A stretch of DNA of 54,536 nucleotides from a virus (lineage: Duplodnaviria > Caudoviricetes): positions 1 to 54,536 of IMG/VR virus record IMGVR_UViG_3300048895_000171; one strand, 5' to 3'. The position numbers and the translations under genes are program-made. Shown piece after piece: positions 1 to 9,540 of this stretch. The notes beneath the pieces are model-generated. The model saw nothing but the letters and a program-made list of their open reading frames with translations, had not been told where the DNA came from and ran no database searches. The number at the start of each line of letters is the position of its first letter. The stretch's first letter is position 1.

Positions 1-127
1 GACGGTTTGGGGGAAGAATCTTCTGATTCACCTGATATTCGAAATTTGAGTATAACAAATCGGTATAGTCAGCCCTGACCCTGGTTTCGGTCTGAGTATA
101 ACTAAAAAGCATAAGCCCTACTGGAAT
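1..127. repeat. 127-bp terminal direct repeat, copy 1 (circular assembly overlap)
   Basis: Identical to 54410-54536; 127 is a common maximum assembler k-mer. Confidence 0.95.
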
Positions 128-426
128 CTCCGGTTCAGACGCTCCCATGGCCGGTGCCTTTTTGACTGGGTCAGGTCGTTGAGCGGGGGCCGGTGAATGG
201 CGATCTGCTCGCGCTCATACCGGGTTATCTGGTCCTTGGGCATCCAGTGAATCTTCACCTGGTCGAACCCCTTGGCCTTGTAGTGGTCGCCGAACACGCG
301 GTCCAGCACGTTGATGGACTTTCCGATGTAAACGATCTTGCCGGCCAGCCTGAGGAAGTAAACCCCAGACAGGGACCCCAGTTCGGAGACGACCAGCTTG
401 GATGGGTTGGATTCAATGATCTTCAT
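118..426 (-). CDS. GIY-YIG family endonuclease
   Basis: SGVYFL...IVYIGKSINVLDR...YEREQI...PPLN matches the GIY-YIG motif; start trimmed to ATG at 426. Confidence 0.8.
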   Translation of the reverse strand: MKIIESNPSKLVVSELGSLSGVYFLRLAGKIVYIGKSINVLDRVFGDHYKAKGFDQVKIHWMPKDQITRYEREQIAIHRPPLNDLTQSKRHRPWERLNRRFQ

Positions 427-470
427 AAGTTGAGAGCCATGGTTCTCATTTGGGAGATTTAGTTCCCAAA

Positions 471-734
471 TCAGAGGGGGCGGTAACGCACCGGCGTCCA
501 GTCCAGCGGGCCCACGACCGTCTCCGGCAGTCGGCCCATGTTGGTGTAGATGCCCGCCCACAGGATGCTCCAGCCGTAATGCTGGTCATGGCGGCGGTTG
601 GCCGCGGCGATCTCCTCCGAGGAAAAGGCTCCCGTGCCGGTGTCGTTGGCCAGGGCGACCATCTCACCGAGGGTCAGTTCACGGCGGCTGCGTTTCTCCA
701 GGGGGACGTTGGGTTTGGTGTTGAAGGGATTCAT
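471..734 (-). CDS. hypothetical protein
   Basis: ORF from ATG 734 (MNPFNTK) with A-rich upstream context. Confidence 0.55.
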   Translation of the reverse strand: MNPFNTKPNVPLEKRSRRELTLGEMVALANDTGTGAFSSEEIAAANRRHDQHYGWSILWAGIYTNMGRLPETVVGPLDWTPVRYRPL

Positions 735-765
735 AGTTTTGTGGGTATTGGGGGTTGGGGAAAGG

Positions 766-813
766 AAAAGGGCCGACAGGTGATGTTCTCGTGACAGAGA
801 ACCCGTCGGCCCC
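766..813 (-). terminator. probable intrinsic terminator hairpin
   Basis: Minus strand GGGCCGACGG-GTTCTC..GAGAAC..CCTGTCGGCCC then TTTT. Confidence 0.55.
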
Positions 814-857
814 AAACCAAGACGCTCAAGCAAACACAGAGCAGGGGGAGCATGGCG

Positions 858-1259
858 TCAAAAAGGCATGTTGTCAAACGGTGTCTTGACCTTGCGCTGG
901 TGCAGGGCCTTCAGCTTGTCTGCCGGTGCCGGCCCTGCCACCCGGTAGGCCGTGTTTGGAATCCTCTCGCCCGCAGCCAGCCGGTCATGCTGCCGCGCAT
1001 ATTCCAGCGCCGTGCGGTTAATCTCCTCCTGTGGCATAATCGGCATTCCTTCAAATAAGTTTGCTGGCATGGTTCGGTTGGATTGGTGGTAGATGTAAGC
1101 AACTTCGTAAGGCGCAGTCTCCCAGCGCGGATCGCCTTGATAAATTGGCTCGGCATTGAACTCTGGAGTCATATGCCTTACGCCTGTCATTTCGCGCTCC
1201 TGGTTCGATCTCCAATCAGGACGGTGCTCCGCCAGCATTTCGTAGGTGTCCCGGTTCAT
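858..1259 (-). CDS. hypothetical protein
   Basis: 133-aa ORF, 4-nt overlap with upstream gene. Confidence 0.65.
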   Translation of the reverse strand: MNRDTYEMLAEHRPDWRSNQEREMTGVRHMTPEFNAEPIYQGDPRWETAPYEVAYIYHQSNRTMPANLFEGMPIMPQEEINRTALEYARQHDRLAAGERIPNTAYRVAGPAPADKLKALHQRKVKTPFDNMPF

Positions 1260-1456
1260 TTGATTGGCTTGGTCACGATGACCAGGATTTCCACCCCGGC
1301 CGAGTTGGTCCAGTAATCATAGCCCTTGGTGGACTTGGTTTTTTCATAGTGCCACGGCTCCCGGTTTGTCATGTGAAAAATCCCGGCCGTAATTACGCAG
1401 CCGCACAAAAACACGAACAGCTCGCCACATAAAGTCCGCCAGTGTTCAGCCTTCAT
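1256..1456 (-). CDS. small membrane protein
   Basis: MKAEHW.. with hydrophobic segment; ATGA overlaps on both sides. Confidence 0.55.
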   Translation of the reverse strand: MKAEHWRTLCGELFVFLCGCVITAGIFHMTNREPWHYEKTKSTKGYDYWTNSAGVEILVIVTKPIK

Positions 1457-1689
1457 TCCTGTCCCTCCTTCTCCGTCTCCATCATGTAAGCGTGCGATAC
1501 GTGCGGCTGCCACTTTCGATTGCCGGCCTCAAGCTGCGACAGGAACGAATGGCTCACGCCGATGCGCCGCGCCATCTCGCGCAGGCCGATGCCCGCCTTG
1601 GTCCGCAGCTTGGCCATGAGCTTGCCGGCTTTAACCGGGTCGAGTTCAGCACCGGAGCCGTTGCAGCAGTGACAGGGTTTGTTCTTCAT
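1453..1689 (-). CDS. XRE-family helix-turn-helix regulator
   Basis: LRTKAGIGLREMARRIGVSHSFLSQLEAG is a typical HTH_XRE pattern; start ATG 1689. Confidence 0.85.
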   Translation of the reverse strand: MKNKPCHCCNGSGAELDPVKAGKLMAKLRTKAGIGLREMARRIGVSHSFLSQLEAGNRKWQPHVSHAYMMETEKEGQE

Positions 1690-1907
1690 TTGTCGCAGAT
1701 GATTGGTTTCACGCCCAGCACGATCATGTCGTCGGCGTTGGCCAGGTTGCGGATGACAGAGAACGACTGCACCAGCATGATGTTGCCGTATTTGTCCTGG
1801 ATGGCCATCGGCGCATGTTTCAAATCGGTCAGCGTCCTCATGCCCTCGATGGTGTAGTAGTCGCCGGAAATCCGGCCCGGCTTGGTGGTTGATTCTAGTT
1901 TGCCCAT
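1686..1907 (-). CDS. hypothetical protein
   Basis: 73-aa ORF, first gene of the leftward unit. Confidence 0.65.
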   Translation of the reverse strand: MGKLESTTKPGRISGDYYTIEGMRTLTDLKHAPMAIQDKYGNIMLVQSFSVIRNLANADDMIVLGVKPIICDK

Positions 1908-1987
1908 GCCCCGACTCTCTCACAGTGGTTGCAACTTTGCAAACACTTTTTTCTTGCCATCTGCAAAACCTGTGGGACAGTGGCGTC
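1908..1987. promoter_or_regulatory. divergent sigma70-like promoters giving leaderless starts
   Basis: + strand TTGCCA-16-GACAGT then 6 nt to ATG 1988; - strand TTGCAA-17-GAGAGT then 6 nt to ATG 1907. Confidence 0.45.
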
Positions 1988-2647
1988 ATGGCAAGACTAA
2001 AAGACCGACAGCGGCAGATACCTGGCGGGTTCAAGTTCGCCCTGCCCGACCTCAACTACACGTCCTCGCCCTTCGCGAGCTTCGACGCCATCGTCAACTC
2101 CGTGTGGAGCGTCATCCAGGCCAACCCCGCAATCGCCCAGGCGCGCGGCTGGCCGACCACCCGGAGCGACATCGCCGACTGGGTGGATTCGTTCAACGCC
2201 GACTACTGCTACTACAACGGCTGGAAGGATTACATCAACGGCGAACCGGAGAGCGGTCCCCCAAAATCTACGCCTCCGCCGAGTCAGGCCGCTCGACTTG
2301 CTGCGGGGGCAAAAACAATCGCAGAGTGGCTCGGTGAAGGTGCCAGTCCCGTCAGCAGCGACCGAGCCGAGGAGCGAGCGTTTGTGTGCACAAGATGTCC
2401 GCTCAATGTTCCCGGCGACCTCGCCAGCTTCTTTACGCGATCTGTTTCTGACATACTTCGCAAGCAGATTGCGGTGGCGAGAAACATGGACATGGTGACC
2501 ATCCACGACCACCGGCTGGGCGTGTGCTCCGCCTGCTCGTGTCCGATGAGGCTCAAGGTGTGGGTTCCCATCCAGAACATCCGCGCCCACATGACTGAGG
2601 AGTCGAAGGCGGCACTGCACAAGGATTGCTGGATTCCCAAGGAATGA
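1988..2647 (+). CDS. Cys-rich putative zinc-binding hypothetical protein
   Basis: ERAFVCTRCPLN..CSACSCPMRLKV..CW; start at ATG 1988. Confidence 0.7.
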   Translation: MARLKDRQRQIPGGFKFALPDLNYTSSPFASFDAIVNSVWSVIQANPAIAQARGWPTTRSDIADWVDSFNADYCYYNGWKDYINGEPESGPPKSTPPPSQAARLAAGAKTIAEWLGEGASPVSSDRAEERAFVCTRCPLNVPGDLASFFTRSVSDILRKQIAVARNMDMVTIHDHRLGVCSACSCPMRLKVWVPIQNIRAHMTEESKAALHKDCWIPKE

Positions 2648-3480
2648 AAACCTGCTACGTCCAGCTCGGAAGGTTCGGCGACATTATGATTATGATGCCG
2701 GGGTGGAAGTATCTGCACGACACCACCGGTGAGCGGCCCAACGTCATATCCTGCGCGGAGTTCTCAACGATCTTCGATGGCTGCCTCTATGTGAAGCCGT
2801 TCCCCGTCGAGGGATTCTCCTGGTTCAAAGGGGTGGGTGAGGCGGTCAAACTGGCCCAGCAGCACTTCGACAAGGTGATTGTCCCCAAGTGGTGGGACTG
2901 TCCCGGCATGGAGCCACCCGAGCCGCCCGCCGGAGCGCCATACACGGAGATCACTCACATGGGTCGTTCGATGAAGCTCGAACCAGAGGAGTGGGACTCC
3001 TACCAATACTCACAGTGGAAGGCGTGCGGCTTCACCAAGGAGCAGATGATGGACCTGCCCCTGGTTTTCGACCAGCGCAACCCTGACCGCGAGGCCTTCC
3101 TGATTCGCCACCACATGCAGTTGAAGAAGCCGGCGGTGCTTTACAACTTCTCCGGCATCTCCAATCCGGTGGGCCTGGAACCGGAGATCATGCGCGTGCT
3201 GCTGCCGCTGAAAGACCGCGTTGAGCTGATCGACCTATCGCGCATCCATGCCCATCGCATCTACGACCTGTTGGGGATGTATGACCACGCGGCCTGCCTC
3301 ATCACCGGTGACACTGCGACCCTGCACCTCGCCGCCGCCTCCAAGGTTCCGACCGTCGCCCTGCTCGCCAACGGTGGGGCCGGTTCCATACCAAAATGTC
3401 AGACGGTGATGACCATACGCTATAACGAGCTGCTCAAAAACCTGAACGAAATTCGCGGAGCTGTGGAAAATCAGATATGA
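2644..3480 (+). CDS. glycosyltransferase, GT9-like (GT-B fold)
   Basis: N-terminal GRFGDIMIMMP and C-terminal ITGDTATLHLAAASKVPTVAL resemble GT9 motifs. Confidence 0.75.
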   Translation: MKTCYVQLGRFGDIMIMMPGWKYLHDTTGERPNVISCAEFSTIFDGCLYVKPFPVEGFSWFKGVGEAVKLAQQHFDKVIVPKWWDCPGMEPPEPPAGAPYTEITHMGRSMKLEPEEWDSYQYSQWKACGFTKEQMMDLPLVFDQRNPDREAFLIRHHMQLKKPAVLYNFSGISNPVGLEPEIMRVLLPLKDRVELIDLSRIHAHRIYDLLGMYDHAACLITGDTATLHLAAASKVPTVALLANGGAGSIPKCQTVMTIRYNELLKNLNEIRGAVENQI

Positions 3481-4238
3481 AATCCCGAGTCAAACTCATC
3501 ACGTTCTTCTACAAGGAGGAGTTCCTCATTCCCTTCTACCTGTCGCATTACTGGTGGTCGGACTCCATCCATGCGGTCGTGTCGAAGTCGCCGGACAAGA
3601 CCGAGGCCCTGCTGTCGGCGGACAAGCGAGTCACCCTGGATTATTTCGAGTTCCCCGGTGGGAAGATCAACGACGGCATCAAGCGCGACATCATAAACCT
3701 CATCATGGCGGAGACCTCGCTCCGGGACTTCGACTGGATTCTGGTGGTGGACTCCGACGAGTTCATCTGGTTCGGCTGCCACCCTGATGGGGATGGAAGA
3801 TTGTTCCTGCCGAACGTGAACCCGGAGCACAACGTCCTGCGCGCGCGGCTGTGGAATGTGTATCGCCATCGAACCGACTCAGACCTCGACCCGACGAAGA
3901 CTCCCATCATCTATCAGCGCCGTCACGGGGACCAGAATCGCGACATCCACTATCAGAAGCCCTGCGTCATCCGGGTCAGCTCTGGCATCAGGCTGGAGGT
4001 TGGCGCGCACAACATCATCAATCATGGAGATGTTCGCATGTCGCCGTATGCCTGCGACGGCGCGCATTGGCAGCAGGCCGACCCCTGCTTCTGCGTGGAC
4101 CGTCGGGTGCATCAGCGCAGTCACCGCATCAGCGACGAGAACTATGCCGCCGGCTGGGGGCATGGTCACTACAACATCACCGACGAGCAGGTCTTGAAAA
4201 TCTGCGAGCAGCATCTGGACGACCCGAAATGTTTTTGA
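3477..4238 (+). CDS. glycosyltransferase, GT2-like (GT-A fold)
   Basis: YKEEFLIPFYLSHY and WILVVDSDEF (DxD motif). Confidence 0.75.
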   Translation: MKSRVKLITFFYKEEFLIPFYLSHYWWSDSIHAVVSKSPDKTEALLSADKRVTLDYFEFPGGKINDGIKRDIINLIMAETSLRDFDWILVVDSDEFIWFGCHPDGDGRLFLPNVNPEHNVLRARLWNVYRHRTDSDLDPTKTPIIYQRRHGDQNRDIHYQKPCVIRVSSGIRLEVGAHNIINHGDVRMSPYACDGAHWQQADPCFCVDRRVHQRSHRISDENYAAGWGHGHYNITDEQVLKICEQHLDDPKCF

Positions 4239-4241
4239 ATT

Positions 4242-4907
4242 ATGAACAACACCTACGACATCGTAATCGCCCGGCTCCATCGCGGAGTGAATCCCTGGAC
4301 TGGATACCTCTCGGGAGATACTTCTCATCATAACTCCTGGGGCAGCACCGAGCCCATCTTCCGAACCATCATGGAGGAGTTGCAGCCGCAGCTCATCATC
4401 GAGGTGGGCTCATTCCTGGGTGGCAGTTCCATCCACATGGCCTCACTGATGAAGGCGATGAACCTGCCGGAGCATTGCATCATATGCGTGGACACATGGC
4501 TCGCTGAGGAAATCCTGTGGTCGCAGGACCATGAGCGGAATCTGCTTCATATCGTTCATGGCACTCCGATGTTCTACTACACCTTCCTCAACAACGTGAA
4601 GGACAAGGGGCATGACGACACCATCATTCCGCTGCGGATGCCGTCGCTGCCTGCCAGCCGATACCTGATGCAGAACGGCATCAAGGCTCCGTTCATCTAC
4701 ATCGACGGGACGCACATTGTGGGTGAGGTGATTCGGGACCTGGAGGTCTATTGGGACCTGCTGCTGCCTGGTGGCATCATGCTCATTGACGACTTCTCAA
4801 CCGAGGACATGTTCAAGGGCGTGGTCGATGACTGCAAGCTGTTCTGCGCCGTATATGGACGCAAGTTGGAAGTGGTGGGGAAGAAGGCGATCATCCGTAA
4901 GCCATGA
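4242..4907 (+). CDS. class I SAM-dependent methyltransferase (Methyltransf_24-like)
   Basis: IIEVGSFLGGS, CVDTW, FIYIDGTH, LLPGGIMLIDD. Confidence 0.85.
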   Translation: MNNTYDIVIARLHRGVNPWTGYLSGDTSHHNSWGSTEPIFRTIMEELQPQLIIEVGSFLGGSSIHMASLMKAMNLPEHCIICVDTWLAEEILWSQDHERNLLHIVHGTPMFYYTFLNNVKDKGHDDTIIPLRMPSLPASRYLMQNGIKAPFIYIDGTHIVGEVIRDLEVYWDLLLPGGIMLIDDFSTEDMFKGVVDDCKLFCAVYGRKLEVVGKKAIIRKP

Positions 4908-5521
4908 GGATTGGCTTCGTCATCACTGCCTTCAACAAGGAGGAGTTCCGCGACCTGTGCCTGCGCGTGATCTACAACTACAAGCGCATTCGGCCGGAGG
5001 TGGTGCTGTGCTACAACGGTGACGACCATGAATTTCCCTGCGACATCCGCCTGGGGAACCGCGGGCACCAGGACGGCGACTGCGACCTGACCATCGCCGG
5101 CTACGACCACCTCATCACCAACGGCCATGACCGCATCATCAAGATCGGTTTGGACACCTGCCTCTGTGACGAGCACAAGCTGATTGAATTGTTCGTCCGC
5201 ATGGAGCACATCGGCGCGTGCTACGGTGGCAACCGCTGGGGGCATGAGAGCGAGGAGTCCTTCGCCACCGACATCATGCTGCTCGACCTCCGTTCCGGAA
5301 GTCCGTTCAGCGGCGTGTTCCGGCGTGATGGACCCGCCTTCGAGTGGTGGCTGTTCAACCAGATGAAGCGACGCCGGCTGATGCCGATGATGATTGACGA
5401 GCGGGTGCCGGTGCATCCCGGAAACCGGATGGAATGCTCGAAGCTCAAGTGGACGATGCACCACCAGCTTGAGAACAATGTTGCGAATCTGAAGGCATGG
5501 GGCTATGGTGCCCTCGCTTGA
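4904..5521 (+). CDS. hypothetical protein, possibly GT-A-like
   Basis: N-terminal FVITAFNK resembles GT-A starts; lies in the GT cluster. Confidence 0.5.
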   Translation: MRIGFVITAFNKEEFRDLCLRVIYNYKRIRPEVVLCYNGDDHEFPCDIRLGNRGHQDGDCDLTIAGYDHLITNGHDRIIKIGLDTCLCDEHKLIELFVRMEHIGACYGGNRWGHESEESFATDIMLLDLRSGSPFSGVFRRDGPAFEWWLFNQMKRRRLMPMMIDERVPVHPGNRMECSKLKWTMHHQLENNVANLKAWGYGALA

Positions 5522-5533
5522 CCAAGCCAATCT

Positions 5534-7810
5534 ATGAATTTCAAAGACGCCCGTGACGTAGAGATGGTGTGCTACGACCTCCGCCTGGCTGACTACCCAC
5601 GCAGCCTGAACCGCACCCGCATCAACAACCTTTTCAACGGCGTCCCGCCCTTCACTGACGACGAGGACAACAAGGTCAATGTGAATCCGCTGGGTGGAAC
5701 TGTCATGGCGCATGACGCGCGCGCCCAGTTCTACGGAGCGTTCCTGCGGCCGGGCCAGTTCTTCACCGCCCACACCGACTACGGCCCGGAGCACAAGCGG
5801 GGGATTTATTCGAACATCATCACGGCGGAGATGAACAAGATAATGAAGAAATCGAAGCCATACTTCGAGACCTTCCGCAGCAAGTTCGCCATGGACGTGC
5901 TCCACGGGATTGGGCCATCCGCGTGGCGGAACCGCGACATCTGGCGGCCGGACGCCATCGCCATCGAGGACATCGGCATCCCGGCCAACACGCTCCTGAC
6001 GATGGAGAACCTGCCCTTCTTCTACGTCTATCGTTCGTTCACCGCGCCTGAGCTCATCAAGCTGACCAACCGGACTAACGTGGAAAAGGGCTGGAACATG
6101 AAGCTGGTGACGAAGCTGCTGGAGTGGATTGACAAGGAGTCTCAGGCGCTGATGGGTCAGGGCTGGCCCGAGGCCTGGAGCCCGGAGAAAACCGCTGAGC
6201 GCATCAAGGGTAGCGGTGGCTGCTATACCGCCGACCAGGTGCCGACCATCAACTGCTTCGACTTTTATTTCTGGAACGACGAGGATGGCGTCGAGGGCTG
6301 GAACCGCCGGATGATTCTGGATGCGTGGAGCGAGCCCTCCTCCTCGGGCATGAGCCGCAATCCCAAGATGGACTTCGCCAAGAACGAGTTCCTGTTCAAC
6401 CCCGGCAAGCGCAAGTATGCGAGCAAGCTGGACGAGCTCCTGACCTTCCAGTTCGCCGACCTCTCTGCGGTGGCCCCCTTCCGGTATCATAGCGTCAGGT
6501 CACTGGGCTTCCTGGTCTATGGCGTCTGTCACTTGCAGAACCGGATGTTCTGCCGGTTCAACGAGTCCGCCTTCGAGGCCACACTCAACTACCTGCGAGT
6601 GAAGTCAACTGACGACGCCGACCGCGCGCTGAAGGTGGACCTCATCAACCGGGGCATCATCGACCAGTCGGTGCAGTTCGTTCCCCAGGCTGAACGCTGG
6701 CAGGTCAACGCCGCGCTCATCGAGATGGCCATGGGTGAGAACCGCCGCATCATCGACTCCAACTCCTCGTCCTTCACCGCCGCGCCACCGTCCGGCAAGT
6801 CGGGTGGCGACCGCAAGACCAAGTTGCAGGTGATGGGTGAGCTCAACCAGACGACCGCGCTGGTCCAGTCTGCGTTCAACCAGGCCTACCGTTACCAGGA
6901 ATCTGAATACGAGGAAATCTTCCGCCGCTTCTGCCGAAAGAATTCCGACGACATCGACGTGAAGGTCTTCCAGAATGCCTGCCTCAAGCGGGGTGTGCCG
7001 GAGAAGCTGTTCAATCCATCGTGCTGGGAGATCAAACCCACGCAGGTCATGGGTTCCGGAAACAAGACGATGGAGATGGCCATTTCCGAACAGCTCCTGT
7101 CCATGCGGAACATGTTCGACCCGGAGCCGCAGCGGGAAATCTTGCGCGACGTCACCTTCAACATCACCGGCGACGCCGACAAGGCCGCGCGCTGGGTGCC
7201 CGACCAGCCGCTCAAGGTCTCCGATTCCGTGCACGACGCGCAGCTCGCGTGTGGCACGCTCATGCAGGGACTGCCGGTCAGCATCAAGACGGGCATGAAC
7301 CACAAGGAGTATGTCATCGCCCTCATCGGAGGATTGCAGATGCTCGTCGATAAGGCCCAGAAGTCCGGCGGCATGGCCACGCAGCAGCAGATCGAGGGCT
7401 TCTCCGCCATCGCCCAGAACGCTGAGGGTCACTTGCAAATCCTGTCGCAGGACAAGGAGGAAAAACAGTTTGTCGCCGAAGCCCAGAAGATGCTGGCCAA
7501 GCTGATGAACTTCGTCCGCGCATTCGCCCAGCGGTTGCAACAGGAACAGCAGAAGGCGCAGCAGCAGGGTGGTGGTATGCCGCCCGAGGCACAGGCCAAG
7601 ATCGCTGCGACCATGATGACCGCCAAGGCCAAGGCCGAGCTGGCGAAACAGACGCACGCCATGAAGACGGCTCAGAAACAGATCGGTTTCGAGTCCGAGG
7701 AACAGCGCAAGCAGACCGCGTTCGAGATGGAGCAGATGCGCGAGAATCTCAAGGCGCTGCACGAACACTCGCGCGGCAACATGAAGTCCATGAACGACGG
7801 CGATGAATGA
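5534..7810 (+). CDS. probable portal protein
   Basis: 758 aa, helical, Gln-rich C-terminal coiled coil like P22-type portals; upstream of scaffold and capsid. Confidence 0.65.
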   Translation: MNFKDARDVEMVCYDLRLADYPRSLNRTRINNLFNGVPPFTDDEDNKVNVNPLGGTVMAHDARAQFYGAFLRPGQFFTAHTDYGPEHKRGIYSNIITAEMNKIMKKSKPYFETFRSKFAMDVLHGIGPSAWRNRDIWRPDAIAIEDIGIPANTLLTMENLPFFYVYRSFTAPELIKLTNRTNVEKGWNMKLVTKLLEWIDKESQALMGQGWPEAWSPEKTAERIKGSGGCYTADQVPTINCFDFYFWNDEDGVEGWNRRMILDAWSEPSSSGMSRNPKMDFAKNEFLFNPGKRKYASKLDELLTFQFADLSAVAPFRYHSVRSLGFLVYGVCHLQNRMFCRFNESAFEATLNYLRVKSTDDADRALKVDLINRGIIDQSVQFVPQAERWQVNAALIEMAMGENRRIIDSNSSSFTAAPPSGKSGGDRKTKLQVMGELNQTTALVQSAFNQAYRYQESEYEEIFRRFCRKNSDDIDVKVFQNACLKRGVPEKLFNPSCWEIKPTQVMGSGNKTMEMAISEQLLSMRNMFDPEPQREILRDVTFNITGDADKAARWVPDQPLKVSDSVHDAQLACGTLMQGLPVSIKTGMNHKEYVIALIGGLQMLVDKAQKSGGMATQQQIEGFSAIAQNAEGHLQILSQDKEEKQFVAEAQKMLAKLMNFVRAFAQRLQQEQQKAQQQGGGMPPEAQAKIAATMMTAKAKAELAKQTHAMKTAQKQIGFESEEQRKQTAFEMEQMRENLKALHEHSRGNMKSMNDGDE

Positions 7811-7878
7811 CCACCGCAAAACTGGCATCGAGCTGGCCGGGGAACTGGCCGTCAAGATCGCAACCGAAAGGCTGAAGC

Positions 7879-8253
7879 ATGAATGTCTGCATCAAGGTGA
7901 TTCCGCACAACCAGCAACGCTACCCAACGGTGGGGGACTGGTGGTTCGAGGGAAAGAATTTATACATCCGTGTCTCCGCGATGGGGAACTGGCGCTACGA
8001 GATGTGCGTGGCGGCTCACGAATTGGTGGAGGTCCTGCTGTGCAAGCACGAAAAAATCAGCCAGCGGTCGGTGGATGAATTCGACATCGCTTTTGAGCAG
8101 GCGCGCAAGGACGGCAACACCGACGAGCCTGGGGATGACTCTCGCGCTCCTTACCGTGTGCAGCATGGAATCGCTACCGGTGTGGAAAGAATTCTTGCAG
8201 CTCTGCTGGGGATTGACTGGAACAAATACGACGCCAAAATAAACAGCCTGTGA
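7879..8253 (+). CDS. small zincin-like putative metal-binding protein
   Basis: AAHELVE helix plus EPGD..APY..QH..A..VE; coupled to the ATP-grasp gene. Confidence 0.55.
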   Translation: MNVCIKVIPHNQQRYPTVGDWWFEGKNLYIRVSAMGNWRYEMCVAAHELVEVLLCKHEKISQRSVDEFDIAFEQARKDGNTDEPGDDSRAPYRVQHGIATGVERILAALLGIDWNKYDAKINSL

Positions 8254-9536
8254 AGGAACTCAAGGACATCACCGCCTGCGTCGTTGACACCGGCATCTTC
8301 CTGCACGTCGCTCGCCGGCTGGCCCGCGATTACAAGAAAGTTTACTACTGGACGCCCTGGGAGACCTCATTCCCGAAGCTGAAGGACGCGGTGCTGGGCG
8401 ACGGCTATCCTGACATCACGACCCCTGAGTCTATCGAGGAAGTGGTGGACGAGTGCGACCTGTTCGTTTTCCCCGACATCGGCTATGGCGACTTGCAGGT
8501 ATCGCTGGTGGAGCGCGGCAAGGCAGTGTGGGGCGCGCGTCAGGCGGACGAGCTTGAGGCGCTGCGCGGAAAATTCCTGAAGGTTCTGGGCACGACCGAG
8601 CTGCCGGTGCCGAAGTTCAAAAAGGTGAAGGGTGTCACCAACCTGAAGCTGTTCCTGAAGGAAAAGGAGAACCAGTTCATCAAGGTCTCCACCTACCGGG
8701 GAGACTTCGAGACCTTTCACTTCCGCAGCCTGGAGGAGGATGAGAACGTCATCGACAAGTGGGCCGTCCTGCTGGGGCCGCTCAAGGAGATGATGAGCTT
8801 CTTCGTGTTCGAGCCGATTGACTCCGACATCGAGGACGGCATCGACACCTGGTGCATTGATGGCCAGTGGCCGGAGACTATCATTCACGGCATGGAGTGC
8901 AAGGACTCCGCCTACATCGGCACGTTCCAGAAGATGTCCGACACGCCCAAGGAAATCACCTGCATCAACGAGGCGTTCGGTCCGGTGCTCGCCGGTTACG
9001 GCTACCGCGGGGCGTTCTCCACCGAGGGCCGCATCACCAAGGATGGTGAGACTTTCTTCATCGACCCGACCTGCCGGTTCCCATCGCCGCCCAGTCAGTG
9101 CATGTGCGAGATGATTGGAAACTTCGGCCAGGTCATCTGGGAAGGGGCGAACGGCATCTGCGTGGAGCCCGAGCAGAAATACAAGTTCGGCGCGCAGGCC
9201 ATCTTCAAGGTGGACCGCGATGAGTGGGGAGTATTCAAAATCTCCGAGGAGCTGGACCCGTGGGTCAAGATCGGTTTCTCCTGCAAGGTGGGTGAGAACA
9301 TCTGCGTGCCGCCTGACCCGCTCGGGGTTGAGGAAATCGGCTGGGTCGTCGGCTGCGGTGACACCATCGAGGAAGCCATCGAACATCTTCGCAAGAACAA
9401 GGACGATATGCCGGACGGCTGCAACGTGCAGTTCAGCTCCATCGCCGACCTGCTCAAGGAGATTCAATCCGCCGAGGAGCAGGGCATGAAATTTGCCGAC
9501 AAAGTTCCTGACCCATCAACCGTAATCGAATATTAA
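8250..9536 (+). CDS. ATP-grasp ligase distantly like PurD/GARS
   Basis: pre-grasp DLFVFPD, FIKVS, GYRGAFSTE, FIDPTCRFPSP, C-terminal GDTIEEA; GTG start. Confidence 0.75.
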   Translation: MKELKDITACVVDTGIFLHVARRLARDYKKVYYWTPWETSFPKLKDAVLGDGYPDITTPESIEEVVDECDLFVFPDIGYGDLQVSLVERGKAVWGARQADELEALRGKFLKVLGTTELPVPKFKKVKGVTNLKLFLKEKENQFIKVSTYRGDFETFHFRSLEEDENVIDKWAVLLGPLKEMMSFFVFEPIDSDIEDGIDTWCIDGQWPETIIHGMECKDSAYIGTFQKMSDTPKEITCINEAFGPVLAGYGYRGAFSTEGRITKDGETFFIDPTCRFPSPPSQCMCEMIGNFGQVIWEGANGICVEPEQKYKFGAQAIFKVDRDEWGVFKISEELDPWVKIGFSCKVGENICVPPDPLGVEEIGWVVGCGDTIEEAIEHLRKNKDDMPDGCNVQFSSIADLLKEIQSAEEQGMKFADKVPDPSTVIEY

Positions 9537-9540
9537 AGCC

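Noticed and set aside
4748-7855. Long minus-strand ORFs (580 aa and 416 aa)
   Set aside because: Antisense shadows of GC3-rich real genes with no motifs
8250-9536. purD auxiliary metabolic gene
   Set aside because: PurD N-terminal GSGGREH signature not seen and no other purine genes; only the fold call is kept
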